A stretch of 64,000 bases of DNA from positions 91,574,001-91,638,000 of the forward strand of contig OX597821.1 in assembly GCA_951406725.2 (NCBI GenBank). The letters run 5' to 3'. The notes below the pieces were generated by a model, which saw only the letters and a program-made list of their open reading frames with translations, was not told the origin of the DNA and did no database searches. This DNA is from Octopus vulgaris (Eukaryota). Of the stretch, positions 25,400 through 37,580 are shown piece after piece. How positions within the stretch are numbered: position 1 is the stretch's first letter; each line of letters opens with the position of its first letter. The position numbers and the translations under genes were made by a program.

Positions 25400-25681
25400 A
25401 TACATATATATATCACGTGATCATGTGACCGGCCAGACCATCAGATGTTGTTACACATCACAGGTCACAATGCGTTCGCATTGTTTTAGCCTTTGAATGA
25501 CGCCACCCCGCTGGCTAAGCGAGCAGGCCAACAGAAGTAAGAGTGGGAGAAAGAGTGGTGAAAGAGTACAGCAGGGATCACCACCCCCTGCCAGAGCCTC
25601 GTGGAGCTTTTAGGTGTTTTCGCTCAATAAACACTCACAACGCCTGGTCTGGGAATCGAAACCGCAAGGCCATTGCACCTC

Positions 25682-25685
<4 letters not shown>
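25400..25685 (-). mobile_element. SINE-C, tail type 2
   Basis: Same 5' body as 20390-20592 but different tail (ggcctgctcgcttagccagcgggg...), also at 51772-52060. Confidence 0.8.
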
Positions 25686-25772
<87 letters not shown>

Positions 25773-26886
25773 TTTATTCAAGATTTTTGAGCTAAAACAG
25801 TTACCTCAGTCTGCACATATTGGTTGGAGCAAGTGTGTTCATATATTCATTTAAAGAATACCCGATGCAAAACTTTTGGAATGTCATGCAAAGTTTTACC
25901 ATGTCGCAAATAAAATGGCTTTGGGGGTTGTGCTTCAGTTTCTTTTGCTCTTTCTTAGAAAATCCTAGCATCTCTAAGTTTTTGTGCAAATCTGTAGTTA
26001 CATAAGCCTAATGCACTTATGATGAGAGGTATGAATGAAAATTTATAGCCAGGATACAAAATCTGTATGTTCTGCATTAGTTCACCAAAAGTGTTCTGTT
26101 TTTCCTGAGCTTTTGATTGTACATTCACAGCCCCTGGGCAGCTGACCTCTGCAGCAGTGCATCACTTTTCTTCAGTAGTTCATGACTTTTGTTCCCTGTC
26201 CAAGAAAACAATGTTAGATCTGTTGCGTTAGAATATACGCATGTAAATACAACTGTATGCATGTAAGTATGAATATAGATATGAAGAGTTTCTTCCATTT
26301 TCTGTATACCAAGCCTGCACAAAAGATTTTGGATGGCAAAAGGCAATAGTTGAAGGCACTTGCTCAAGAAAAGAACTTAATCCAAAATCTTGTAGTTGGG
26401 AAGTTCACTTCTTCCTCACCAATACAGATATTTATATATGCATATATATACACATATAAACATATATATATGTATACACAAACTCACACGCACAAACACA
26501 CACATATATACTTACATGTGAGTGTGTGCATGATTTGTATCTATGTATGTATGTCTGTATATATTTATATATATATATGGATAATATACATAGGATCTAG
26601 ATATGCTCATCATAGAAAACATGTAGTAGTGCTCAAAGGAATTTGAACTTATTCTTGATGAAGTGAACCTGCCTCATGGTAATATCAGTGTAAGATTTTT
26701 TATGGGTTACATAGCCAAGACTTTTTGCACATTCTGTCTGCAAATCATGAACATTATGATTATTAGATAATTCTAAACTTCCTGAAATAGCTGACGCATT
26801 GAGAAATTATGGATTGTTGTTGGTATTCTGTATTTTTTATACTCTATATAAATATTTTTGCATATATATATATATATATATATATA

Positions 26887-27059
26887 TAGGCGCAGGAGTG
26901 ACTGTGTGGTAAGTAGCTTGCTAACCAACCACATGGTTCCGGGTTCAGTCCCACTGCATGGCATCTTGGGCAAGTGTCTTCTGCTATAGCCTTGGGCCGA
27001 CCAATGCCTTGTGAGTGGATTTGGTAGACGGAAACTGAAAGAAGCCTGTCGTATATATG

Positions 27060-27092
<33 letters not shown>

Positions 27093-27310
27093 GTGTGTCT
27101 GTGTTTGTCCCCCCAACATTGCTTGACAACCGATGCTGGTGTGTTTACGTCCCCGTAACTTAGCGGTTCGGCAAAAAAGAGACCGATAGAATAAGTACTG
27201 GGCTTACAAATGAATAAGTCCCGGGGTCGATTTGCCCGACTAAAGGCGGTGCTCCAGCATGACCGCAGTCAAATGACTGAAACAAGTAAAAAGAGAAAAA
27301 AAGAGAAAAA
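26887..27310 (+). mobile_element. SINE-A
   Basis: Full family structure, preceded by (TA)n. Confidence 0.9.
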
Positions 27311-27356
27311 GATATATATATATATATATATACACATACACACACACACTACACAT

Positions 27357-27387
<31 letters not shown>

Positions 27388-27549
27388 CAATGTGTGTGTG
27401 TTTGTTTGTGTGGTGTGTGTGTGTGTGTGTGTGGGTATGCTTATGTGTATCTAATTATCAATTTATCTATCTATCTGTCTATGTGCATAAATCTTTTTTT
27501 CCAATCATTCACCTTGCTGGACAGTTGAAATCTATAAAGTTTCTTTTCA

Positions 27550-27700
27550 TTCTCTCACTGTTTCTTTTTCTCTTACTCCTTTCTGTTGAAGAGCGTAGGC
27601 TTGAAATATAAAAGACCTTTTCATTTTCCTGAGCATCAAACTAATACACTTGCTTATCGTTCATACACCTGTCTTCATATTTTATTTTTCTATAAATTTC
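27550..27700 (+). mobile_element. Short element with altered hammerhead-like core (family F)
   Basis: CTTT-CTGTTGA-AGAGCGTAGGCTT-GAAATATA-AAAG at 27579-27614; homologous to 29310-29455 and 56860-57020. Confidence 0.55.
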
Positions 27701-27711
27701 AACTATATACT

Positions 27712-27932
27712 CTTTTCTCTTTACTCTTTTACTTGTTTCAGTCAATTGACTGCGGCCATGCTGGAGCACCGCATTTAGTTGAGCAACTCGACCCTGGGAC
27801 TTATTCTTTGTAAGCCTAGTACTTATTCTATCAGTCTCTTTTGCCGAACCGCTAAGTGACTGTGACATAAACACACTAGCATTGGTTGTCAAACAATGCT
27901 AGGGGGACAAACACAGACACACAAACATACAT

Positions 27933-27966
<34 letters not shown>

Positions 27967-28128
27967 ATATATACGATGGGCTTCTTTCAGTTTCCATGTA
28001 CCAAATCCACTCACAAGGCTTTGGTCGGCCCGAGGCTACAGTAGAAGACACTTGCCCAAGGTGCCACGCAATGGGACTGAACCCGGAACCATGTGGCTGG
28101 TAAGCAAGCTACTTACCACACAGCCATA
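27712..28128 (-). mobile_element. SINE-A
   Basis: Full family structure, inverted relative to 26887-27310. Confidence 0.9.
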
Positions 28129-29309
28129 TATGTATATATAATTTATATTTTATGATATTTTATGTATATATATGTGGTATTTTTATACCTTCTTATATCC
28201 TTTCAGTTTTTTTTTTCATAATGTTGGAAATTTTTATATGAATATATTTTTTCAAAGTTTTTAATTAAGTTTACCTGATATAGAAATATATATCTTTTTT
28301 CTCGTTTTTTAGCCTTTAATCTTTGGTTTTGATTCAACAGACAATGTGTAACGCTACTCAGATGATATCTGAATTTAATTAGAGGTGCATTGTTGAATAG
28401 TTATAGCATGACCACCTTAGCATTACGCTAGGAAGAAGCATTATAAGGTATCTCTTACATATATACAAGTACCCCACTTTTATGGCTTAGATTGATTTAT
28501 CTATTTTTCTCTTACTTGGTTCTTAAATCCTTTTCTAAATTTTAATATTTAAATTTTGCTAAGTTTGAATACATATATTTTCCCCTACTTTTAATTCCCA
28601 CACTTAGATCCCATTATAATCTCTTTTGTTTTCCATTTTCGGCCCCTTTTATTACCGCTGTCCTTCCTCTTTCTGGTTATCACCTTTTCTCTATATCTCC
28701 TTATCTTACAGGCAACTTCTGAGACATATTATTTTATGTATATATGGCTGGTTTTATGGACCCAATAAAATAGGGGTAGGGGAGAGTATTTGACATTAAT
28801 TAATTTATCACCATCAACAAGAACTTAACTGTCAATTCCCATTGGATTTAATTCTAAGGGGTTGGAGACTACATGCTGCATTGAGGCTTTTGAATGTGAT
28901 AAGGATAAAGATGAGTGTAGCTATATCCCCATTCTGCTTTCTTGATCCCCATTATTTTCTTCTGCTGCTCTAAATTATAGTAGGCTTTAAGTATTTTTTC
29001 CCTAAATTCATTCTGCCATAGAAATAGCAAAAAGAATGGATGATATAATTATTTCAGTCTCTCATACAGATGAAAAATTTGATAAAAATTTATAATGGTG
29101 TATCCTGTATGTTGGAAATCTATATGGTCATATGACTCCAAGGTGAGTGGCTTATTTCATATTGACGTAATGTTTTCATTGATTGATTAAATGGAGCCAC
29201 TTGAAATGGCTGTAATGCACTGATACCTGGACACCCTTGTTACTTATTTTTTTCTCTCTTTTTTTCTCTCCTTTTTGTCTCTCCTTTTTTTTTCTCTCCC
29301 TGTTTCTCT

Positions 29310-29452
29310 CTTTGTTTTTTCTGTGTCCCTTTCTGGAGAAGAGCATAGGCTCGAAACATAAAAGACTTTTTCTATTCCCGAGCATTATACTAATACATCT
29401 GGTTGTTTTGTACACCACCTGTCTTCGTCTTTTGTTTTTTTCGTAAACTCTC

Positions 29453-29455
<3 letters not shown>
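29310..29455 (+). mobile_element. Family F element ending in long (TA)n
   Basis: CTTT-CTGGAGA-A-GAGC(ATAG)GCTC-GAAACATA-AAAG at 29329-29364; ends aaactctccc-(TA)n. Confidence 0.6.
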
Positions 29456-29527
<72 letters not shown>

Positions 29528-29756
29528 AATAATTACATATATAATATATATAAATTAGAATATTATATATTTATATTGTGAAATTTGAATTAATACTAAA
29601 TTGAATTTTTCCTTGTAAGTTTGGAGTTATACTCCCTATAATTATTATTGTTATTATTGTATCTACATATATATTCAGGTGTAAACAAACTTGTTGATTT
29701 GAGTCAAAGAACTGAATAGTATTTAAGTTAAGGATTCAATAAATTGATATCAATAG

Positions 29757-30160
29757 AAGGAGTGGCTGTGTGGTAAGTAGCTTGTTTACCAACCACATGG
29801 TTCCAGGTTCAGTCCCACTGCATGGCACCTTGGGCAAGTGTCTTCTACTATAGCCTCGGGCCGACCAAAACCTTGTGAGTGGATTTGGTAGACGGAAACT
29901 GAAAGAAGCCCGTCGTATATATGTATATATATATATATATATATGCATGTTTGTGTGTCTGTGTTTGTTCCCCCAACATTGCTTGACAACCGATGCTGGT
30001 GTGTTTACATCCCCGTTACTTAGCGGTTCAGCAAAAGAGACTGATAGAATACGTACTGGGCTTACAAAAGAATAAGTCCTGGGGTCGAGTTGCTCGATTA
30101 AAGGTGGTGCTCCAGCATAACCGCAGTCAAATAACTGAAACAAGTAAAAGAGTAAAAGAG
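29757..30160 (+). mobile_element. SINE-A
   Basis: Full family structure. Confidence 0.9.
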
Positions 30161-30739
30161 TATGTAACAGACTGAAATATGTTTTGGGATCAACAGAATG
30201 GATTAGAATATCTTGAAGTAGTTACCCAGCAACGGCATCAGTCAAATGGCTAAAACCGTTGCAATAAACAAATAGCAAACTACTGCAACATTTACTGCAA
30301 TCTGTGTTTGATTTACTACTATAATGATATACATTTATGCAGATTATATATATATATGTGTGTGTATGCATATGTATGTGTGTATATTGATATATATATA
30401 TATATTACGGAGATGTACTTGCATAGCGAGTGACTTGATCTGAGATCGTGTGCTGGAATGAAAACAACTGCAGTGTGGAAGGTGTTTATAAGCCATTTAA
30501 GAAACACACACAAAACCGTTAGATTCACTTCAGCATTTAAATTCAATTTGTCAAAATATTTTCATCGCTTTGAGATCGTGACCTGTTCACTGACAAAACT
30601 TCTTTATTATTCTCACACTGCCTCTTATGCATACATACATATATTTGGTACTATTGTGGCACGTGCTTGAAGTTTGAGCCTGATTATGCCATTTTCCTTT
30701 TTTGCTTTACAGTGTAAGAATGGCCACTCTACTAGCAAA

Positions 30740-31156
30740 GAACAAAGAGCAGTGATCAGACAGATGGTGATGCTGAGTTTTCTCATCAGTGGTGGAGGTT
30801 GACGTCCTGTTCATTCTTCATGTGTCACACTTGTCCAGCTACTTTTAAACTTCTTGATCTACTCATACACACTTTTACATAGTAGTGCACTGTACCTATA
30901 TTGTGCCAAAATTCTCTGATGAATTACAGCACCTGATACACCTTCTGGCCAAAGAAGTCAGACCACTGCTCCTTGTTCTTCTTTGATGCACATTGCTAGT
31001 GGAGCGGCCAGAAAGCAAAATGTTACGATCAGACTCAAACTTCGACTATGTGACCATAATAGTACCAACTATAAGCATGCATGTGCAGAAGGCAGTGTGA
31101 AAATAATAAAGATATGTCATGGTGAAAGTGCAGATAATTTTTGACTTCCCCTCGTG
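30740..31156 (-). mobile_element. Mariner relic (5' TIR + N-terminal HTH)
   Basis: Minus: acgaggggaagtcaaaaatt TIR; MAAPLAMCIKEEQGAVV*LLWPEGVSGAVIHQRILAQY...SVYE*IKKFK. Confidence 0.8.
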
Positions 31157-31389
31157 TCAATACATAGAGTACATAACTAATGATAATGTGAGGGTATTAA
31201 AGGCTATACTATTTTGTTGTTGCAAATCATATTTTTGTCTTTCGATATGTCTTTATTTTTTTATTTCAGTGTATATTTTGTATCCCTGATGTTTTAATGA
31301 AGAAATATTTAATATCAATTAGCGAAATATAAACAAGCAAAAATAAATATAAATTGGACAAAAAAGAAATATGTATTAAGATATGACAC

Positions 31390-31491
31390 AGATAAAATAC
31401 ACACACACACACACACACACATATATACATATGTATGTACACACACTTATATATCAGCATATTTATGCACATATATTTATGTGTGTGTGTA

Positions 31492-31542
<51 letters not shown>

Positions 31543-32945
31543 CTATATATACATATGCTTATATACATATGCATATATGTAGATATATTATATATGTGTA
31601 TATATATTAACAATAATGATGATAATATATATGTGTGTGTGTAGGTATACATACATTCATAGGCTTAGAAATATTGTAACATATTCTCCCAATGTATGTA
31701 TGTGTATTTTCTATAAATGCTTACATACACACACGCATACATGCATATGAGAGAGAGATATAGAGAGTGATAGTTAGAAAGTGATTGAGAGAAAGAAAGG
31801 CAGAAATATATGGGGAAAGTGTTGAAAAAAATGGAACTTTTCAAATATATTAAAATTAATATTGAGAGAAAAGAAACAAAACAAATATATTAATGGACGA
31901 AAGGACCACATCAAATATGAACAGAGACATAATAATATTTATAAAACAACCTATTAACACTACCAACCTCATTACCAAACATTGCTACAACAACTATAAC
32001 ACTGTCGCAATTACAACAACCATGCAACAACAATAACGACAAAAAGAGCAACAACAATAACAAACAGAAAATTAATTAGATTTTTCCTGATACAATATAG
32101 AACTAGTGATAATATAACAAGAGAAATTAAGAGCAGTAATGGAGCTCTATTTTATACTTTTGGTTACCTTCAATTATTAAACAAGAGCAAAACAGGCATC
32201 AAAAACAGAAATAATAGACACGGAAGAAGAACAAGAAGAACAAGAAAAAAATATGCATGCCTCATATATGAATATATGTCACAGAATGAACTGGAAACGT
32301 ATGGAAAATAATGCTTTTTTTTTTTTTGCAAAATGTATTGGGTGTGGGCTTGAATTAAATTATATTTTTTTTCTTTTAGTTCTATTTATGACCAAGATGA
32401 AAGACAAGACAAACATTTTAAAAGCAATAACAATGATGAAAAATTAAATTTCTTTATCATAATTTTCTTTATGCTTTAATATTTAAAAATATTTTGGGGA
32501 TTTATTTATTTATTTTTATTTTTTTTATTTCTAGGGTCTGCTGCTTTATATCTTCTAAAATCCCAATTCTAATACAAATAACCCTCCTCACCACTGCCAC
32601 TATCAATTTTCCCTCCAAAAAAGATGTTGCGGTTGGGGTGGGAAATATTCCATCAAAATTTGAAAAAATTAGCAAAAAGTGTAAAAATTTTCAATAGTCC
32701 CTTAAGACTTCAACAATTAATTTGTAATATTTCATTTAAAGTAAATTAAATTAAAACAAAAGATATATATATATATATGTGTGTATATATATATGTATAT
32801 ATATATGTATATATATGTATATATGCATACACTCATAAAGGAACACAGACAGAAGGGAATGGATATATGTATATATATCCTACATATCTACACATAAATG
32901 CATATACATACACTCACAAATAAACACGCACACATATATGTGAAC

Positions 32946-32997
<52 letters not shown>

Positions 32998-33535
32998 ATT
33001 TTATTTATGCATACATACATTTATATATTGAAAGATGCATACATACAAGCACACATACACATATACATACACATACATATACATACACATATATCCATAT
33101 ACACAAATATGCACACACGCATAGACAGAGAGAAACACAAGCATACACACTCACACACATGTTACATGTTTATATATACATATATATAATACACATAGTT
33201 TTTAGCTGATGCTATTAATTCTTTTAATGTAAAACCCATAATGATGGAAATGAGGATTGAGATAAATGATTTATGTGGAATAGAGTCTTGCAGTAATAGT
33301 ATTGGTGCTCAATACGCCCAGTGTCTCAGAGTTTGTACGAATGTGTATTGATATTCACAGAGAATGCTTTTATGTATATACCTATATACATACATACATA
33401 TATGTGTGTGTGTGTGTGTGTATGTGTATATATATATATATATACACACATATATATATATATATACACATATATATATACACACACACTCATATAGATA
33501 TAAATATATATATATATGTGTATATGTATGTATGT

Positions 33536-33576
<41 letters not shown>

Positions 33577-33800
33577 CATATGTACACACACATACATATA
33601 CACATATATATACACATATATATTTATGTGGGTATATATATATGTGTATGTGCATATATAAATATATATATATACATATATATACAAATATATGTAAATA
33701 CATACATATATACTTATATATACATACATATATATATATACACACACACACACATACATACACGCACACACACACATATATATATACATATTTATTTATT
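31390..33800. repeat. Dinucleotide microsatellite fields (31390-31640, 32760-33200, 33370-33800) separated by AT-rich unique sequence
   Basis: Direct inspection. Confidence 0.9.
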
Positions 33801-34334
33801 TATTCATTTAGATTAATCAGCAAAATTAGTGTTCAATTTCTATAAATGATTCTGAAAATTAATCTTAATTAGAAAATTAGAAGTATCCCTAATTACAATG
33901 TCAGCAAATATAGGTCATTAAAAGCTTAACATTTATGTGTATATGTGAGAAAGTGTGCATGTGTGTGTATGTGTGTACGTGTGTGTGTGCTTTCTACCAG
34001 CATGTATAAAATATGCATATGTCTTTAAATCTGTTATTAAGTAAACATATGCATATATACATCAATATTGTCACATTTAAGGCCATCATTTTGAGTAGCA
34101 TGAATAAGAAAACTTTAGTTTTTTTCTGAGATTGGGTTCCCTTCAAATAAAGCACAGAAAAATATGCATACACAAGCACACATTTACATAAATACATACA
34201 TCCATATGCGTGCACACATACACACACACTCACACACATATTGTATGTATTTATGTATGTATAGGTAGATAGATTTGTTAGAACAAACAGTAGAGAAAGA
34301 TCTTAATACACATTTATGTATATATATACATACA

Positions 34335-34376
<42 letters not shown>

Positions 34377-34403
34377 GATACACTCATAAAGGAACAGACT
34401 TGC

Positions 34404-34579
34404 GCAATCTCAAGTATAACCAGCCAAAATTGCAAAGATAATCTGGAACTCGACTGAGGAAAGAAAACTACGAGTGACCCGTCCTTGTTTCCTTTGAATC
34501 GTCTATCTGGATGCTTTGTTGTCCTTTTTTGTATTACTTAACTGTCTGGATATTTTGCGCTCTAGTCCCATTTTGTATT
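34404..34579 (+). mobile_element. Short interspersed element (family K), second copy inverted at 55337-55471
   Basis: Shared blocks gcaatctcaag...gaaattgc...gactga(g/a)ga...gtgacccgtcc...tggatg...gtcccattttgtatt. Confidence 0.6.
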
Positions 34580-34749
34580 CATCATCATCATCATCATCAT
34601 TTAACGTCCGCTTTCCATGCTAGCATGGGTTGGACGGTTCAACTGGGGTCTGGGGAGCCCGAAGGCTGCACCAGGCCAGTCAGATCTGGCAGTGTTTCTA
34701 CAGCTGGATGCCCTTCCTAACGCCAACCACTTCGAGAGTGTAGTGGGTG

Positions 34750-35590
34750 ATTTTATGTGCCACCGACACAGGTGCCAGACGAGGCTGGCGAACGGCCATG
34801 CTCGGATGGTGTTTTTATGTGCCACCGACACAGGTGCCAGACAAGGCTGGCAGACGACCACGCTCGGATGATGTTTTTTATGTGCCACCGACACAGGTGC
34901 CAGATGAGGCTGGCGAACGGCCACGCTCGGATGGTGTTTTTATGTGCCACCGACACAGGTGCCAGACAAGGCTGGCAGACGACCACGCTCGGATGGTGTT
35001 TTTATGTGCCACCGACACAGGTGCCAGACGAGGCTGGCGAACGGCCACGCTTGGATGATGTTTTTATGTGCCACCGACACAGGTGCCAGACAAGGCTAAC
35101 GGCCACGCTCGGATGGTGTTTTTATGTGCCACCGACACAGGTGCCAGACAAGGCTAGCAGACGACCACGCTCGGATGGTGTTTTTATGTGCCACCGACAC
35201 AGGTGCCAGACGAGGCTGGCGAACAGCCACGCTCGGATGGTGTTTTTATGTGCCACCAACACAGGTGCCAGACAAGGCTAGCAGACGACCACACTCGGAT
35301 GGTGTTTTTTTTTTTTATGTGCCACTGACACAGGTGCCAGACGAGGCTGGCGAACGGCCACGCTCGGATGGTGCTTTTATGTGCCACCGACACAGGTGCC
35401 AGACAAGGCTAGCAACGGCCACGCTCGGATGGTGTTTTTTTATGTGCCACCGACACAGGAGCCAGATTAGGCTGGCGATCAGCCACGATTGGATGGTGAT
35501 TGTTACGTGCCCACAGCATGGAGGCCAGTCGGTGCGGTACTGGCTACGCCCACGTTCGGATGGTATTCTTGTGTGCCACCGGCACTGGTA
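34750..35590. repeat. ~62-bp minisatellite, about 14 units, A/B alternating
   Basis: Units start near 34755, 34817, 34880, 34942, 35004, 35066, 35124, 35186, 35248, 35317, 35379, 35442, 35505, 35571. Confidence 0.95.
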
Positions 35591-35741
35591 CCACAAAGAT
35601 ACAAATTCCATTGATGTTCATCTATTTTGATTTTGTTTGATTTTCACTTGCCTCAACAGGTCTTCACAAGTGTCACAAGAAGGAAGGTATGCGCAGGTGG
35701 ACTGACTACGTCCTAGGTAGGGGCCACGGGTTATGGCCTGA

Positions 35742-36824
35742 CTAGTCTTGCCGGGTCTTCTCACGCACAGCATACTTCCATAGGTCTTGGTCTCTAGTCA
35801 TTTCCTTGGTGAGACCTAAAGTTCGTAGGTCGTGCTTCACCACTTCGTCCCAGGTTTTCCTGGGTCTACCTCTTCCACAGGTTCCCTCAACTGCTAGGGT
35901 GTAGCACCTTTGCACACAACTATCTTCAGCCATTCTCGTCATATGACCATACCAGCGCAGCCGTCTCTCTTGCACACTACAACTGACGCTTCTTAGGTTC
36001 AACTTTTTTCTCAAGGTACTTACACTCTGACGATTATGAACACTGACATTACACATCCATCGGAGCATACTGGCTTCATTTCTTGCGAGCTTACGCATAT
36101 CCTCAGCAGTCACGGCCCATGTTTCACTACCATGTAGCATGGCTGTACGTACACATGCATCATACAGTCTGCCTTTTACTCTGAGCGAGAGGCCTTTTGT
36201 CACCAGCAGGGGTAAGAGCTCTCTAAACTTTGCCCAGGCTATTCTTACTCTAGCAGTTACACTTTCAGCACACCCACCCCCGCTACTAACTTGGTCTCCA
36301 AGGTAGCGGAAGCTATCAACTACTTCTAGTTTGTCTCCCTGGAACGTGGTAGAAGTTGGTCTCTGCACATTTCCAGTGTTTATTTCTCCTGAGCATCTGC
36401 CACATACGAAAACTATCTTCCCAGTTAGCCTACCTTTGACATTGCTGCACCTCTTATGTGTCCATAGCTTACACTTGGTGCACCTTATAGAGTTTCTACC
36501 TACACCTTTTCTACAGATCGAGCAGGGCCATCTACCTGAAGTCGTTTGTGGTTGGTCCACCTTCCTACTTATTAGGACTTTGGTTTTGGCTAGGTTGATT
36601 CTAAGGCCCTTCGATTCTAATCCTTGTTTCCACACCTGAAACTTCTCCTCCAGTTCTGATAGTGACTCAGCAATTAGAGCAAGGTCATCAGCATATAGGA
36701 GCTCCCAGGGGCATCCTGTCTTAAATTCTTCCGTTATTGCCTGGAGGACTATGATAAATAGGAGGGGGCTGAGGACTGAACCTTGGTGGACCCCAACCTC
36801 TACCCGGAATTCTTCACTGTACTC
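35742..36824 (-). CDS. RTE LINE ORF2 C-terminal part (RT domains incl. GVHQGSVLSP, LLYADD; PHD-type finger; RRLRWYGH; GRGRPRKTW)
   Basis: Stop-free frame of 361 codons (track ORF 35742-36635 plus 63 upstream codons read by eye); no start, 5' truncated. Confidence 0.9.
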   Translation of the reverse strand, partial: EYSEEFRVEVGVHQGSVLSPLLFIIVLQAITEEFKTGCPWELLYADDLALIAESLSELEEKFQVWKQGLESKGLRINLAKTKVLISRKVDQPQTTSGRWPCSICRKGVGRNSIRCTKCKLWTHKRCSNVKGRLTGKIVFVCGRCSGEINTGNVQRPTSTTFQGDKLEVVDSFRYLGDQVSSGGGCAESVTARVRIAWAKFRELLPLLVTKGLSLRVKGRLYDACVRTAMLHGSETWAVTAEDMRKLARNEASMLRWMCNVSVHNRQSVSTLRKKLNLRSVSCSVQERRLRWYGHMTRMAEDSCVQRCYTLAVEGTCGRGRPRKTWDEVVKHDLRTLGLTKEMTRDQDLWKYAVREKTRQD

Positions 36825-36929
36825 GATGTATATATATATGCAAATGTGATGCTTGAAAAGGGATGTGTGACTTGTCTTCCTTCCTACTTACTAAGACTAA
36901 AATTTATTTTTGTAAATGTATACATATAT

Positions 36930-37080
<151 letters not shown>

Positions 37081-37379
37081 GTATACTTTATTATTGAGAT
37101 TTTAAAATTGTTTCAGGTGTTTTGCCATTAGTCATATACTTGGTATTTCCCTTGTGCTTCTTCCAACTTCTTTTTGTACTTGTCCTGCTTGTTTTAATTG
37201 TCCTAATTTGTGGTTTTTGCAATGTCATCTGTAAAATTTTAGTCCTAAGAGATTTCCATCTAACATTATTCTACCTTACTTCAAATTTATTTCCTTAAAT
37301 AATTTTTATTGAGTGGTAATAACAAGCTCAGAACAAATGATGTCAGTCTCTTTGTCTGAATTCATGTTGTATGAACACT

Positions 37380-37580
37380 ACTTCTGAGAAGATATGTTCC
37401 AGGTGTAACATAGCTGTTGCAAATTTTTTCCCAATTGTAGAGGTCTTTATGAATGTAAATACATATCTTGATTAAGCCTATTGCAATGAAAGCATCTAGG
37501 AATGCTTCATGCTCCACTGAGTCAAGGGACTTTTGTACAAGATTTTCATCATAATTACACAAAAGAGAATTGAAAGGAAT
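37380..37580 (-). mobile_element. Old LINE RT relic
   Basis: KSLDSVEHEAFLDAF resembles RT motif KAFDSVEH..IL.AL. Confidence 0.45.

Larger units (their letters stand above)
34583..36826 (-). mobile_element. 5'-truncated RTE-clade LINE, young
   Basis: RT C-terminal ORF, ~1.15 kb 3' UTR containing a tandem array, (TGA)n tail at 34583-34600. Confidence 0.9.

Noticed and set aside
29058-29142. ILYVGNL (RRM RNP2-like) upstream of a strong AAG|GTGAGT donor
   Set aside because: In-frame TAA just upstream with no acceptor after it; all frames of the candidate exon are closed
30395-30600. Short repeat-like block with GAAA-containing hairpin
   Set aside because: No CUGANGA core could be placed; left unclassified
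34750-35590. CRISPR-like repeat/spacer appearance
   Set aside because: Variable parts are just two alternating variants rather than unique spacers, no cas genes, and it lies in a LINE 3' UTR
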